Assembly: GCA_050230475.1 (NCBI GenBank)
Contig: JBFLGF010000149.1
Coordinates: 1-64,000, forward strand
Origin: Ancylonema sp.
Lineage: Eukaryota
Reading direction: 5' to 3'
DNA length: 64,000 nt
Shown: positions 26,250 to 40,446 of the stretch, piece after piece
How the letters are laid out: each line of letters begins with the position of its first letter
Numbering within the stretch: the stretch's first letter is position 1
The notes under the pieces: model-generated
The model's input: only the letters and a program-made list of their open reading frames with translations
Told to the model about the DNA's origin: nothing
Databases searched by the model: none
Program-made: the position numbers and the translations under genes

Positions 26250-29165
26250 CCCCTATGTGCTTTTATTTTGGGAACGTTATCGGTAAATCCACGTTTGCAC
26301 GAAAAAGACAAAAATGCTTGCAAACGCCGTGTTGCAAACGCGTACGTGCGGAAAATGTGACGGGGGCCGTCTGAGCACCCGTATATTCTGCGCACTAAAG
26401 AAGAGAGAGTTAGAGAGTGGAAAAGGAGAGTTGGATCGTGAATCCGGCTGCAGTCTAGCACTAAGTTTTTCTTACTCAAGGGATAATGGGCTCTATAGGA
26501 CTCAGCAACTCCTGAATCTAAGGCACTCTCCTCTCGGCCTGAAGTTGTATGAAATAGACTGTTCATACTCAGTTAACAATCCCGGAGCGTCCCTTACTAG
26601 GGGCGCGACCGCTGACAATTATGCTCGCGCACGAGCTAGACGTACCGGAGCGTAATCGCCCCCGTCAATATACCTATTGGAGTTAACAGCTTAGCGCGCA
26701 CTCCTGCGCGCGCTTGTTAACAGCCCAATTCCAGAGCTCGCAGAGTTTTGCAGCTCGAACTGTCGGCAGGGCGGATGTCCGAAGAGGTACGAGGGCGCAA
26801 GGGCGCACCCTTAGTCCTGTAACCTATAGGACATTTATTCGTGTCGACAGTCAACGTCGTTTCGCAGTCAACTGGGCAATCGAGACACTGGCTGAGGATG
26901 CACGCGGCGCATCCTTCCCACGTGTCCGATCCCGGAATTACCCGAACTGCCGGGGGCTCGTCTAGGCTCCCGCATAATTAACCCGTGGACTCATATCCAT
27001 GAGCCCACCCCTGGATATAAGGGCTGCGACTTTATATCCGATGCTGGCAATTAATACTTAGCCGCAAAAGTGGCTCTAAGTATGAATCGGCTCCTAGCGT
27101 GTCGTTACAGAAAACGTACGCAAACATCAAAAATTGCAGAACGTTTGCATTTAGAAACCGCTTTCAAACGTTTGAATTTGCAAAAGTTTTGCAAACGCCT
27201 GCAGCGTATTTTTTCATCATATATGTAGTACACTTCCGGTAACTTAAGAAACGAAGTTTGTAAAACTCGTCATCATTGGTTCATAACATTTGCCATTAAA
27301 ACGTAATCAATAATTAGTGAAACTTCCGTCGTACCTTCATCTATCCAAAACGATATAAAACCATCCAAGGATCTCATGTTCTCGAGTCTTCGGTAGCCGC
27401 CCATATGAAAAAAATAAAAAGGAAGAAAAAAATACACCCGAAAACATTTGCATCTGTACAATGCGTACACGTTTGCCGCATTCCACATACGTATTTCAAA
27501 CGTTTGCAATCGCAACCATTTGCATCCGTACACACTGTTCACGTTTGCCGCATTTTACGGACGTATGCCGAACGTTTGCGAGGAAATCCGTGAGACGTTT
27601 GCATTTGCCAGGGACGGCAGATTGCTCTTTGCCCCGTGCGAAAAACGGGCCGTGTGGAAATCGGCCCCCGTCCTGATGCAACTACGGGTAAATCATCGGC
27701 TATTTACATAGTTGAGTGAGAGGCCTTGGAATTTTGTTGGTAGCGTGATCCGTGCACATGCACACGTAAAGTTGGCGTAGGATGCAAGGAGTGGTTGTCC
27801 AACATATAGTTGGAACTATAGCATATAGTTCCGATCCATCCCGATCCCCAATCAGGATCGGCGCCGGATTGGACCCGATCCGGATATGCGCGGGATCGAC
27901 AATATTCCGATCGGATCGCCCCAAATAAGGGGGGCACGGGTGCGGGGGGGGGGGGGGGGTTTTTGGGGGGTTTAACCCCACATTGGGGGCCTATGAAAAT
28001 TTCCCATCGATTTCACGTCCTGTTCGGCACCTCCGATCTGGATCGGCGCTCGTTCGGACCCGATCCGGATCCAGATCGAGACCAATATGATCGTGGATAA
28101 GGGACACCCGAATTTTGGATCTAATGTTTGGACGAGCATTCAAACTTGTACATAACTTACAGAATTCAACTACACATGTAGACGGTCTACCATGGGCGAT
28201 CTCGAGTGACATGAATGCGGGCTTTCATTCAATCGATCAAACTTACTCTACCCCAATAAATTTGAGAAGATTTATATTATTGACTAGTCTCGCACCATCA
28301 ACTTTATCATCGAGTCCATACTTGATAATCGTCCACGCGTTGTTCATATCTTTCATGGACAAATACCTCATTTGAATAATAAATTAGTATTGATCGCCAC
28401 CTAATGTTGCCATGGTAGTGTCGAAGGAGTATGGGGGCTAACTCGTCTAAAATTAGGGGCGGATGCAAAAGACGTTCCTAGCAAACAAGTCGCAATGCAC
28501 ACAAGCTTTGATGGTGAAATGGTGGAATGGCTAAGATGACCGGAGCCGGAAAGGTGGTTTGGTTTTGTAGTAATGGTCAATCCGAAAAGAGTGCAATACA
28601 TGTGTTGATAGGAATGCTAGAGAGGATTTCTTATCGGCTATATATAGGAGAGTCGACCCTAGTCGACTCTAGGAACAATGTGGGATAACTCCCTCTAAAT
28701 ATCCTATCGATACAACAAGTCTGGCTAATGGCACAAGTGCCTGAGCTAAGGACACAAAAAAAAATTCCCTAGGGGCCAGGCGGCCGCTAGGGACACAAGT
28801 CTCACTATATAGGGACTTCCGCAGATCCCATATCGCAGGCAACTCGGCATCAAAGATTCCGATCTCCATCCGGGTACTCCTTACAAAACGGCATCAAGGG
28901 ATACCAAACTTACACTCCGGTTAATCAAGGAGAAATTCCCGATCATCATCGGTGCAAACAGATGAGGGAAAAATGAGCTAGAAGCGCTCTAGCGCTAAGT
29001 GTGGGGACCTCGCTAGGGAACCCTAGTGTTTGTAGCGAGGGTCCTAACAAAAATATTGTCTTTTGACAAATCGCATATTTTCTAATCGCCCAAATTATCA
29101 TTACGGCGTTTTGTGACTCAAGCGTATTGAGTGCGTTTTCGATTATTGTGCAACCTTTGTCAACC
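26250..29165. mobile_element. Degraded LTR-like/non-coding repeat block with nested MITEs
   Basis: It separates two GGTTACTCG-type repeat tracts (~26225 and ~29168) and has no coherent ORF. It contains a reverse copy of the 62756 MITE (~27105-27685) and a GATCCGGATC-rich MITE (~27822-28090). Ends and TSD were not resolved. Confidence 0.35.
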
Positions 29166-29390
29166 ATTGGTTACTCGTTGAAAATTTATTGGTTATTCGT
29201 TGGTAATATTGGTCACTCATGTTTACTCGTTGCTTACTCATTTCTTACCCGTTGGTAAATCACTAGCTACTCATTGGTTGCTAAAAGGTTATCCGCTTGG
29301 ACACACTCGAAAAAAAACACGGAGCCCATACCCCCTTCTAATCTTATCTACGTGGGTTAATAATATCAACCCATAGAGCAGATGGTATTG

Positions 29391-32180
29391 CGGTAAACCC
29401 TTGATATAGTGACACTCGATATAGTGACAATCACGATATAGTGACATTTTTTTTGCCCTTTTTCAAATCCTATATAAAAACCTACTCGATATGGTGACAA
29501 TCGCTATAGTGACACACGTTATAGTGACCAATTTTTCCCAAGTTTTACTATTGCGATGTCACTATAGAGTGAAACCTGTCTAAATTAACGTTGTGAAATT
29601 CAATAACCTCCCAAATCTCATAGAACATAATTTAATAATAAATCAATAATATGTCTGAATTAATATTTTATGCCTAGCCTGGCATTATTACTTTAAAGAG
29701 GTTTTGTTGTAGCGAGCGGATATTAGGACAAACGCTATATAGATGACCTATCTTCTTCAATACAAACCTTTACGCACCCGATCTTGTAAGAGAGACGCAT
29801 TTTATTAATGCACGATGGGAACCCCATCTGAGTACAACACCGACGTTATTGTACCAACCTAACGGAACGGAAGAAGGACAACAACCCCAACCCTAAAACA
29901 ACCGAGCAACAATACTTAACTCTGCTGACGACAATAACACCCGCGGAGGGGGGGGAGGTAACAGAGCCATACCCTCTTCCAATCGCAACGTCCTAGCATG
30001 GATTGCATGTGCTAGAGAACGTTGTAAAGCAACAGAAACTCTCTGCCGAAACCAAGTAACTAACAAACTTAACATTCTGCCCCGATCGCCCAGTCAGTTG
30101 CGCCGCACGGTGAACACAATCCACCAATAACCGATTGCTTGCATCGGAAAGCGCACCGTACGTCTCTAACGCAAACAAGATAAACTTGGTCCCTGCCGCG
30201 CGATCACGATAGTGAGTTTCTTTGCGCCGTTTTGCATCTTCTGCGGCCACCAACCCTTGACAAGCCGCGCGATCCACCAAGTCACGCCGCGTGGGGTGAG
30301 CAATGACCACATCCACCAAAATATGCCCCTCCACCACATCCGAAATAACAATATCCACTCGCCCCTCACGACCGCCCGGAGCGGAGGACGGAAGAAACCC
30401 CGTACGTTCACATTGAACATGCTGACCCGACTCGCGGAGGATGTGATGTACGGAATCTCGCACCGAGTCATGAGATGAAGTGCGCTCCACCCCTCGACTG
30501 CAGCGCATAAGATGCGTACCCAGGGCGTCCATAGAGTTGCCGCACGTGCACGTATCATAGGTAGCAAGGCAAGGGTGGGGAAACCCGAGGCGCACGCGCA
30601 CGGCAGTAAGGAATAGGGGAGGGGGGATACGAAGGGAGGGAATGATGGGGGACGCCTGTAGCCAATGACCCCGCACCGGGTCCACTGGCGGACCGAAGCC
30701 TCGCCCTAGATGTTCGCGAGATCGGTGCTCGCTACAAGCACCTCAAACGCAACAGCGTGGGGTAGCATCAAGAAGTGTCGGTTGCAAGTGAGGAATAGAA
30801 AAGCCACGGCCAAGGTGGCATATGGAGGCAGTGCCGCGCGAGTAGCTGTTGGGTGAAGAAGCTCTCGCGCTTCTCGAAGCACGATTTGTGTTCGTAAACC
30901 TCCCTCGTCCACAGTGCTGAAAAACGGGCCGAATGATAAACCGTGCTGCTGGAAAGCTGATGCGAGTGCAGGCGCGGCGAGAGCATAAGAGCCAATAAAA
31001 ACAACTGGGGCAAGAACCCGAGTACGAACCAAACCCACGCCCCCCCGGGCGATCGGCAAACAAGCTTGGTCACGCGACAACGATATGGTCCGAAGTGCAA
31101 CCAACCACCCCGCCTAATAGATCTGCTTCTACAACCCTCCACAGCGTCGCATCGTACTCCCCGAGCTGGTCGAGGTCAAGGAAGGAAGAGAGGGTGGCAA
31201 GTACGCAGCAGATCCGATGGTCGAGCAGCAAACACCTGCGTAAGTAGGCGGAGGGCCACCTGCGGATCCTCAAGGAGGCATAATTGTAGACCCCACGTAT
31301 CTTCCTCCAACGCAGCTGCCAAGAAGCCTCGCACAAACTCGTTCGTTCCAAAAGGCGCCCCCAACACACGAATGCCATCTGTAGCATAAGAACACCCCTC
31401 CGGAAGAACCGGAAACACCTCCCGACCAGATGGTGACCACGCCACACACTTGGACGGTTGCACGGAAAGGCCGAGTTTTGCGAGCTCCTCCACAAAAAAC
31501 TTAAAAGCCTCCATCACACGGGGAGGGGACCCCACGATATGGGTGTCATCTGCAATTGAAGGGAAGGCGCAGTCCGGAGAGAAACGCCGCTGCGGTGTGG
31601 ATCGAAGAGCCTGCTGGTGGCCGAGGGCGAACAATACCCCCCCAAGGGGATCCCCCTGACGAGTCCCGGTCGAAGACGCCAACTCCAGTACCTCCTCCCC
31701 CCCCGCCAAATCACTAGCACGTAAGAATAGGGGGGAAGACCCCCCATAAAAAGCTCGCACAAACGGGAACAAACTACTCAACTCAATCCCCCCCCCGAAT
31801 CACAAAGCTCCTCAAAGAACGCCTGGCGGTTAATGGTGTTGAATGCGTTCTTCATGTCCACCTGTATGACACCCCAAGATGGACGCGCTTCCAAAAGAAG
31901 TCGCACCCCCCAGATTACCATCTCACAGCCCCCTTTAAAAGCAAAGCCTTACTGCCATTCGAAATGGTCGTGAAGTGCCTCCCGGATCTGAAGGCATATC
32001 GCACGGCTGATCAATTGCTCAAAGTAACCTAAAATTCAATTTCCTCCGATATAGTGACATTGGCTCAATGTCGCCCCTATCAAATGTCACTATGTAGTGT
32101 GTTGTGACACCCCTGGCATTCGATATAGTGACATTATTTTCCATTGTCTATAAATTTGTCACTATATCAAGGGTTTACTG
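29391..32180. mobile_element. pogo/Tigger-like MITE split by nested insertions
   Basis: TIRs CGGTAAACCCTTGATATAGTGACA / TGTCACTATATCAAGGGTTTACTG followed by TA, with many CGATATAGTGACA subterminal repeats. A second small pogo-like MITE is nested at ~29566-29711. Confidence 0.85.
29790..32020 (-). mobile_element. CRE-clade non-LTR retrotransposon (RT + restriction-like endonuclease), 5'-truncated and frameshifted
   Basis: RT motifs VDMKNAFN, GTRQGDPLGGVLF and IADDTHI; LPIARGGVGL; C-terminal CTCG..GTHLMRC..HDSVRD knuckle and RVDIV..ILVDV..RKETHY..ALETYG endonuclease. Confidence 0.9.
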
Positions 32181-32396
32181 TAACTTAATAACCAGCTTAA
32201 CCAAGCAACTTAAGCAACTTAAGCAACTTAATACCTTCGTATCCATGCCATTGTAAAGGGAACTCGTCAGGTTCAGCTTTCCCCTTTTAAACGTATCAAA
32301 ACTCCGTCAAACTCCTCGTTAGCAGGACTGAGCAGCACGACTCCTTTCTCTTGACTGGAGTGATGTAAGAGTCCCCGCAAGTGGTGATGTGCTCCA

Positions 32397-35300
32397 ATGG
32401 ATCGCCGTCAGCAGAACGGGAGGAAGGCCACACCTTTCACTCAATCAAACACCGGGGGAGGTCGCAGGCCTACTCAGGGTCAACCAGCTGTACCTCCCTC
32501 AGCCGTGCCTCGATCACAACCGCCCAAGACAAACGAAGTCTTCAGCCCATCCGCAGCGGGAGCCCTTGCGAAACTTGATGAAAGTCCAAATCCCGTTCTT
32601 CAGAATGACCCCCTGCAGGACCCACCTCCTGTGCGGGCCGCGTGGGGTAGACCAGCTGGGGGCGCCCCCCACCCTCCCGCGCAGAGTTTGACGAGACCTG
32701 CCTGGGGCCACACGGCTCCAGGAACTTTCCAGACAGGCCCGCCCGAGAAAGATAGAGCGGAGAACGTCCGTTTGAGCGGTTCCACGTTGGTCCGCCCTAC
32801 CCCATTTCTGTCCGGTGCTGGGGGGGGGGCTGGGACAGGACCCCCACTCGTACCGGACTCTAGTGATGAAGATTCTTCGAGTGGGGGGGAGGGGGGGGAG
32901 GGGGGGGCAGGAAGGCAGAGGGCAAATGCAGAAGAGCTGGAGGACAGAATATTTGGGAAGGCGTTTGGGGGGGGAGGAGGGAACGAGGATGAGATGTCGC
33001 TCTATGCCCCTTCGTTAGAGAAGATTCGGGATCAGCTCCTCGCCGCCCACTCAGGAGCCGCCAGGTGTCTCATTTGCCTGGAGCGAATCCGGGGCACGGA
33101 TCCGGTTTGGGCGTGTGACCAGGGATGCCACTGCCCCTTCCATTTAATATGTATCCAGTCCTGGGCGCGCCAGGCAGCCAATGCGGCTCTGGCAAGAGCC
33201 GTATCGGATTCTTCCCAGATCTCGCTCACAGAGGCATCCCTTATATCGAGGGCTGCCACGGGCCAGCACCGGGTCGAGGGAGCCAACGGCAGCACTGCCA
33301 CGTGGCACTGCCCCAAATGTCGGTTCGACTACCCGGCCAATGAGGTGCCTCGGGAGTACCGTTGCTTCTGCGGAAAAATCAAAGATCCCGAGTTCGACCC
33401 GTGGTTGACCCCCCACACGTGCGGGGAGACCTGCGACAGGACCCTTCCCGGAAACTGCAGACACAGATGCACCCTGCTCTGCCATCCGGGCCCCTGCCCC
33501 CCCTGCCCCCAACTCGTCACCACGCGCTGCCACTGCAGACGGGTATCCGAGCCGAAGAGGTGTGGCTTCCACGAATTTTCTTGCAACTCCCGGTGCGGGA
33601 AGCGGCTGGGATGCGAGAAGCACTCATGCGCTGCCACGTGTCACTCCGGGGAGTGCCCCCCCTGCCCCGCCAGGGGGGAGTTTAGGTGCCGCTGCGGGGG
33701 CAGGAAGGAGCTGAGGGCGTGTGCGGATCGGGAATACAGCTGTCAGGTTGTGTGTGGGAAGGAGTTCCCTTGCAAGATACACGCATGCCAGGGGGTTTGC
33801 CACGGGGGTCCCTGTGGCGAATGCCCCCTGGGCGGCAAAAGGAGTTGCCCCTGTGGCAAAACGAGGTTCGGGGTTTTGCAGTGCGACCAAACCCCCCCCC
33901 GCTGCGGGGCCACCTGCGATAAGCTGTTGGGGTGCGGGACCCACAAGTGTTCGGACCGCTGCCACGTGGGTGAATGCAGCGCCACGTGTCGCGTCGTGGT
34001 GACGAAGAGCTGCAGGTGTGGGGGCACCAAGAAGCAGGTGACGTGGCGAGAACGCATGCGGCGGGTGGTTTTAGGGTTTTAGGGGTCTAGGGTGTTAGGG
34101 TTTTTTTTGCAAGTGGCGTTTTAGGGAATTTTGCACTCATACCTGCTTTTCAGATGCCCCTTTTTCCACTTCCTGATCTCCACACCTACCCTAGACCCCA
34201 TTCCGCTTCGCTACATATATCCGTGTTCGCATGTCCATATGCTCATGTATACGTACCATGTTCATGGGGTGATAATCATGTATGAATATTCATGTTTATA
34301 TGCTTCTGGTAATACATCTATGCTCATGTTCATATATATATCAATGTACATATACTCATGCTCATACTCCTACTCATATCCTCCAAATCATTTACTCATA
34401 TCCTCCCCTGTTCAATCCCCCCACCCAGACCCCCCCTCAAATTCCTCCCCCTCCACCCCCCCCCCCCACCCCCCTCCCTCCCCCCCCTCCCCAGGTGCCC
34501 TGCGTCCAGGACCTATCCTGTGACCGCCGCTGTCAGCGAATACGGAACTGCGAGCGGCACGCGTGCAAGAGGCGGTGCTGCGACGGGGCGTGCCCGCCCT
34601 GCGGGGAGGTGAGTGGAGTTCAGGATTTAGGGTTTTAGTATTCAGGATTTAGGGGTTTCGGATTCTGGATTCATGGGTGTAGAGGTTCTGGGCTTGGAGT
34701 GGGAGGATCAGGGCCTGGGGTTTAGATTGTCAGCGGGGGTAAGGAGTATCTTACCTTTTTATTATAAAAAGGTTTTGAGTTCTTGGGGGGTGATGAGGAT
34801 GGACAGAAACGTGGGTGGGTGGGTGGGGAGTTCTGGGCTTGGAGTTTAGGGTTCAGGGTCTTGGGTTCAGGGTGCTGAGGTGGGTAGGGAGTATTGTAAC
34901 GAGATTTCGAGTTCTTGAGGGGAGATGAGGATGGAGGGAAACACGTCTAGTGGGGAGTGGATGATTTGTTTTTTTAGAGAATATTTTTTGGTATTTTTAC
35001 AATTATTTGTAGATCATTATGGTGGTAGAGTCTAGTGAAGTGTGTGTGTGGGAGGTCCACGTTTGGAGTTTAGGGTTATGAGGTTTTAAGGTCCTGTGAT
35101 GTCTTTTTGCCGCAGGTTTGTGGCAAAAAGCTTCGATGTCGAAACCATAAATGCCCTGCGCCATGTCACACGTAAGGGGGGGTTAACAAGAAAACAAAAA
35201 ACAAATTAGCGGGGGACCCTTAAAAAAATGGTGGGGATGCCTTTTACCAGAGTATGTCTGTATAAGGCAGGAATGCATATGAAATGAGGGACACTATCAC

Positions 35301-38300
35301 AAACATGTCACCATTGTACCATTTCACACCCCAAGACCTTATTTCTGTCTACACCCCAAATCCTTTTTGAAAAAAAAACCTCTCTGCTGTCTGAAACCCT
35401 GAACTGATATTCCCATGAAGACGAATGTGAACTCAAACCCCAAACCCCAAACCCCAAACCCCAAACCACAAACCCAACACCCCTCCATCAACAGCACACC
35501 AAGACTGGCAGTCATTAAGACTAAATATTTGTTATCGATAACAAGGATCCCACCACGTTTCTAACTTGATTCTATCCTCTCACCAAACTCGTCTTTGCCT
35601 CTCACCCCCCTGACACCCCAAGCACGTCTCTGTTCCTTTCTCCTGCAGTGGTCCCTGCGCCCCCTGCCCCATCACTGTTGCCATCACCTGCCACTGCAAA
35701 GCAACAGCCTTCACGGTACGCATCTACCCACAGAGACGGGAAGGTGTGAGGGGTAAGGTCCCTTCGTTTTGAGTTCCATGTGGGGAGCGACAAGGGGCGC
35801 CTCAGTCCACTCGGGAAACGTGGCTGTTGTTTTCTCCTGACCCCCCAGCCTGCTCTGCTGTCCCCAGGTGCTCTGTGGAGCCGAGAGGGAACAACGGCCC
35901 CCCCGCTGCTCTCGTCCATGTCTCATCCCCCTTCGGTGTACGCACCAGGGAAAGGGAAAGGTGGGGGGGGGGAGGGGGTGGTGGGTGGATGGTTGGTTGA
36001 CTCAGGGGGGAGGAGGATGTTGGAAATGTTGATATTGCCTGGTAGTGGTTTTGATTTTCATATTCGTATTTTGCGTTGAGGGTTTTTGTTTTCTTTCAGC
36101 CTCACAGGTGTCACTACGGGCCGTGCCCTCCCTGCCAGCTGGCATGCCAACAGCCCTTGGATTGCGGACACAAATGCGATCAAAGGTACCCCACCACCAC
36201 TCACCACCTGCCAGGTGGCACTCACCCCGTTTGAGGTCGAAATGAATCCAACATTATGTTTGTCTGTCTGTGGTGTCCAGCTGTCACGGCCCCAGCCCCC
36301 CCCCCCTCCCCGAATACATTCTGCGCCCGAGTAAGAAGGCGAGGAAGAGGGTGGCTGCTGGGGGGGAGGGAACCCCATGCTCCCCCTGCCCAACACCGGT
36401 CCTCCGATCCTGTGTGGGGCGACATGAGGACAGGGAGAAAACGGTAGGGGGGCGCACTTTTCGCACTTTTCGCACTTTTCTGGGTTTGTAGTTTTGACAC
36501 GTCTCTTTTTTTTCTTTTTTTGTGGTGGGTGTGACAGCTGGCGTGTAGTGCGGATCCGCGGTTCCATTGTGAGCTGCCATGTGGCAACCCTCTGGCGTGC
36601 CGCAACCACCAGTGCCAGCTGGCGTGCCACGAGGTCACGTTGAGACGGGATAAGGACACAGATGCTGACGTGGCAGAGGCGCCACAGGAAGAGGACACCT
36701 GTCCGCCCTGCACGCTGACGTGTCAACAGGTTTATAACGAAATCACTCTGAATTCTTCTTCAGATAATACGAGTCCCCCCCTCACTATCCTTCCCCCCTG
36801 CCACCCCCCCCCCCCCCCAGCCTCGATCCCCCCCCTGCCCCCATCCCTGTTCTTCCCCCTGCCACCCCCCCCCCTGCTCCCCCTGCCTTTCCCTGGTGAA
36901 GCGCAGCTGTCACTGCGGCGCTCTGACGCACGTGTTCGACTGTCACCTGTGGGGGGGGGGGGGGGAGGGGGAGAGGAGGAAGATGCTGCAGTGCGGGGGG
37001 CCGTGTCATAGGTAGGGGTGGGAACCTTACTTGTAAAGTTTCTCGTTAAAGTAGGGTGTAATGAAACTGTGGAAAACGGGGTCGGAATTGACATGTCGTT
37101 TTCTTTTCACCCCCTATCATTCGTCCTCGGGGAGGGGGCTGTTAACCGCGCAAATCGGGTTGTAGTTATTTGTTTCTCTTTATTAATGAATTCAGAATTC
37201 AGGAGTTTGAGGCTCTAGGTTTTGGGGTTTGGCAGAAAGCTGCCGTTTTGCTGCCACCTGTGTCCCGAAGACTGCCACCCAGGAGCATGCCCCAACCCAA
37301 AAGAATGCAGAAAAAAGGTAGGGCAAAAAAAACTGTACTCCACACCCCCCCACCCATTCCTGAAAGAGGGGGGGGGGGATATGAGCCCCCAAAATTATCA
37401 TTGCTCCTCTTTTTTTCTGACTGTGAGAGTGGGGTGGAGTGAATCTGGTGGTGCTCGATTCTGATGACGTGGCGCCCCCCCATTGGCCGGTCCCGTACAG
37501 GTGGTGGTCCGCTGCGCGTGTCAGCGGCTGAAGCGTGAGTGGCCCTGCCACCAAGTCCAGGTGGCGGCCCACCAGCGCTCGACAAGTCAGAATCGTACAG
37601 GTGGCATGGTGGGGCTGCTGCCGTGTGACCGCGAGTGCTTGCGGTTGGGGGAGGAGAGAAGGAGGGAGGAGGAGAGGGAGAGGGCAGAGGAGAAGGAGAG
37701 GGAAGGGAGGGAGGCAGCAGCGAGGGGGAAGGTAGGAGGGGGGGGGGGGGCTGGGGTGTGATGGGTTCAATGGTTGGGGGCAGGGGGCTGGAGGGTTGGG
37801 GATGAGGATGTGGATGCCGTTTGGCTGATGTCAGAGCGTGTGGTTGAGGTGGATGTGTGATGCTGACTAAAATGCTGACTAGGATGCTGACTAGGATGCT
37901 GATGTGTCACCAGGTGGAAGGTGCCACGGGGGGACCACGGAGAAGGAAACAACGCCAGGTGGCAGGAGACGAGAGGCCGTCAACGCGGATATTGGTAAGG
38001 GAAAGGGCGACGGGGGAGTAATGGATGCCAATCCTGATGATTGGTTCTTGCAAAAGGGGGGTGGAAATTAGGTTGTTGATTGTGGGTTGGAGAGTAGGGT
38101 CGTTGTAGGTTGAATTGTCTCGTGTGCCTAAAAACTTTCCTTCCTCTTTCTGATGCTAGAGACACTCAAGCTGGTATGCCGATATTTTACGATCGGTCCA
38201 CTTTTGGAGACGCTTCGTGTGGAAATGATTTCAAAGACAGGGTCCTAGGCAAAAACGTGAATACACGATATTTGAGCGATTGGGGTCTTGACCGTTTCCA

Positions 38301-38478
38301 CCGATTGCGATTGCGATTGCAGGGCATAAACGATGATACACTTTGGTGGATAGGGGCAGCTCTAGGGATCCTTCTCCTCATTGTGGTGGGGTATGGCGTG
38401 GTGGTCGGCTTGATGACGCTGTCGGAAATGATGAACGAGAGGGAGGCAAGGGCTCGAGGGGGAAGGAGAAGGCCGTGA
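32397..38478 (+). CDS. NFXL2: NF-X1-type zinc finger protein (NFXL2-like, C-terminal TM helix), about 14 exons
   Basis: RING-like CLICLERI..VWACDQGCHCPFHLICIQSW..WHCPKC and many CxxHxCxxxCHxGxCPPC fingers over GT-AG exons (e.g. 32397-34037, 34495-34608, 35116-35171, 36821-37011, 38323-38478). The last exon encodes WWIGAALGILLLIVVGYGVVVG. Confidence 0.93.
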
Positions 38479-39309
38479 CACTTTGTTTTGTTTCATTCTG
38501 AAATCCACATTTTTTGGTGCGGTTTCAGTAGTTGGGTGTCACTTTACTTGGTTGTACAAGGTGGAAGGTTCGTTATCTCGAAAATTGTGCCGTCGGAAGT
38601 GTATTTGTGTGCAGTGGTCCCCAACATACCCATGGAGTCTTTGGATATTTTGGTCGGAGGAGTTCTTGATTTGTGGAGGATTCGTCATCTCCAAAAAGGT
38701 TCTTACTATGTGTAGCGTGTATGGAGGGATGTGGGGGTCGTTGAAGTACTCAATGTTGAACTTACTTTAGAGTCAATTCACACTAAAGCAAAGAAACATG
38801 GGGTTAGGGAATGCGAGGAGAAGGAAACCTACGTTGAACAGTTGTGGACCTATGTTGTTGGTCCCATCTTGTGTACGATTCATAAGCAAGGGACATGTCC
38901 ATGATTCTACAGACACGTCCGAGTCATGTCTCGCACACGGACCCGCACCCAAAAAAAATCGAAAAAAAAAAACCCAAAAACGACGCAGTATAACGCCTAG
39001 TCGAGTGATGTTACCAGTGTGATGAGTGTAGTACGAACCAAATATCAGACAAGTGTCATGTCATGAGATTCCCCTCGTGTCTCTTAACACAAACAATGGT
39101 GGGGGTGGGGGAACTTGTTGGCCCCGGACATGTCCGGGACAAGTGGTGCAACAAATGCGAGACTTGTCCCGGACAAGGTTGTCTAGGACCCGACAGTGGT
39201 ACGCTGGACATGAATATGTGCCAGTCTCGGTTATTGCTTTGTACAAACGAATGTAATGTAATATATCGATAGGTGATTGCCAATGTCGTCACAACACTTA
39301 TCCCAAAGT

Positions 39310-40446
39310 CATAGTTGCACGGACCGGCGGACCACGGGACCCCGGTCCTGGTCCCGTGGTCCCGTTTCCGGACCGGGGTCCATCCTTCTAGGTCTAAAAT
39401 CCGGACCGGTTGTTTAGAGTAATGTTTGGGTTTGGGGGTTTTAATGAGTTTTCCTTGGAGATAAATCGCCATAAACATTTACTTTGCGAATAAAAATATA
39501 TTTTACATCGTACAAAAGAGCCAAAGAAATGTTTGACATAACAAATAAATAATGAAACCATGGAATTCTTCAGATTATAGATAGGACTTTTCACCAATTT
39601 CCAAGAAAATCGCTTGGGGAAATGCGCTAGATCAATTGGAATGGCCATACACGCGCCTTCCCCCCCCCCCCCCCCTCCCCCCCAAATTGTAAGTATGTTT
39701 TGATGACATGATGCACATGTGATGCAAAAATATACATGATAAAGAGCAAATATAATGAAATTAATTGTGAAAATAAAAACACCCATATCCAACAGTTTCT
39801 ATCCTAGATTTGTTTTCTATGCCCACACCGTTCTATTCACTCTTCAACCCACCTTAACAACACTACTCACTTCTCACTTTCATGTTCCACATTATTAGAT
39901 GGGTGACTTCCCTCGCTTTTAGTTAAGGTGCCACAGTTGATTCAGAGGAGCCGTTGCAGTTTGTCTATGTGACGAGTTGCCTTAATACGTTTCAGATACA
40001 AACTTTATGCTCAAAGTGAGGTGTATACTCATTTGACAAAGCAAGTCCATAGGCTTATTGAAATGACCAATAACGTAAACTTGGTTAACTTACCTTCCAA
40101 GTTAGGCAACTATGAAGAACGTCATCCCCTTCGATCGCATGCTATCGGAGTGTGACTTTTAATGCGAAAGTTCCCACCATGTTGTCAACACAAATTGACC
40201 ATCTCAATTAAATGGACGTTTGCATATAGGCAAGATATTTTATTATGTTTTTTTTTCAATTTTGCTACAAAATCGCAAGCTAAAAATGACACATATATAC
40301 CACATGTGTGATATAAAACAGCCCTAAGCCCTTTGTCCCGAGGAAAGATTACCGGGCAAAAATAACCCCAAAAATTCCCAGTCCCGACTCCGGACCCGGT
40401 CCGACCGCTGTCTGAAAATCGAATCTTGTCGGTCCATGCAACTATG
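39310..40446. mobile_element. hAT-type non-autonomous element
   Basis: TIRs CATAGTTGCACGGACCG / CGGTCCATGCAACTATG; 8-bp TSD CCCAAAGT / CCCAGAGT (7/8 match). Confidence 0.85.

Noticed and set aside
29391..29570. CRISPR-like spaced repeats (GATATAGTGACA)
   Set aside because: Irregular short spacing, part of MITE subterminal repeats, eukaryotic context, no cas genes.
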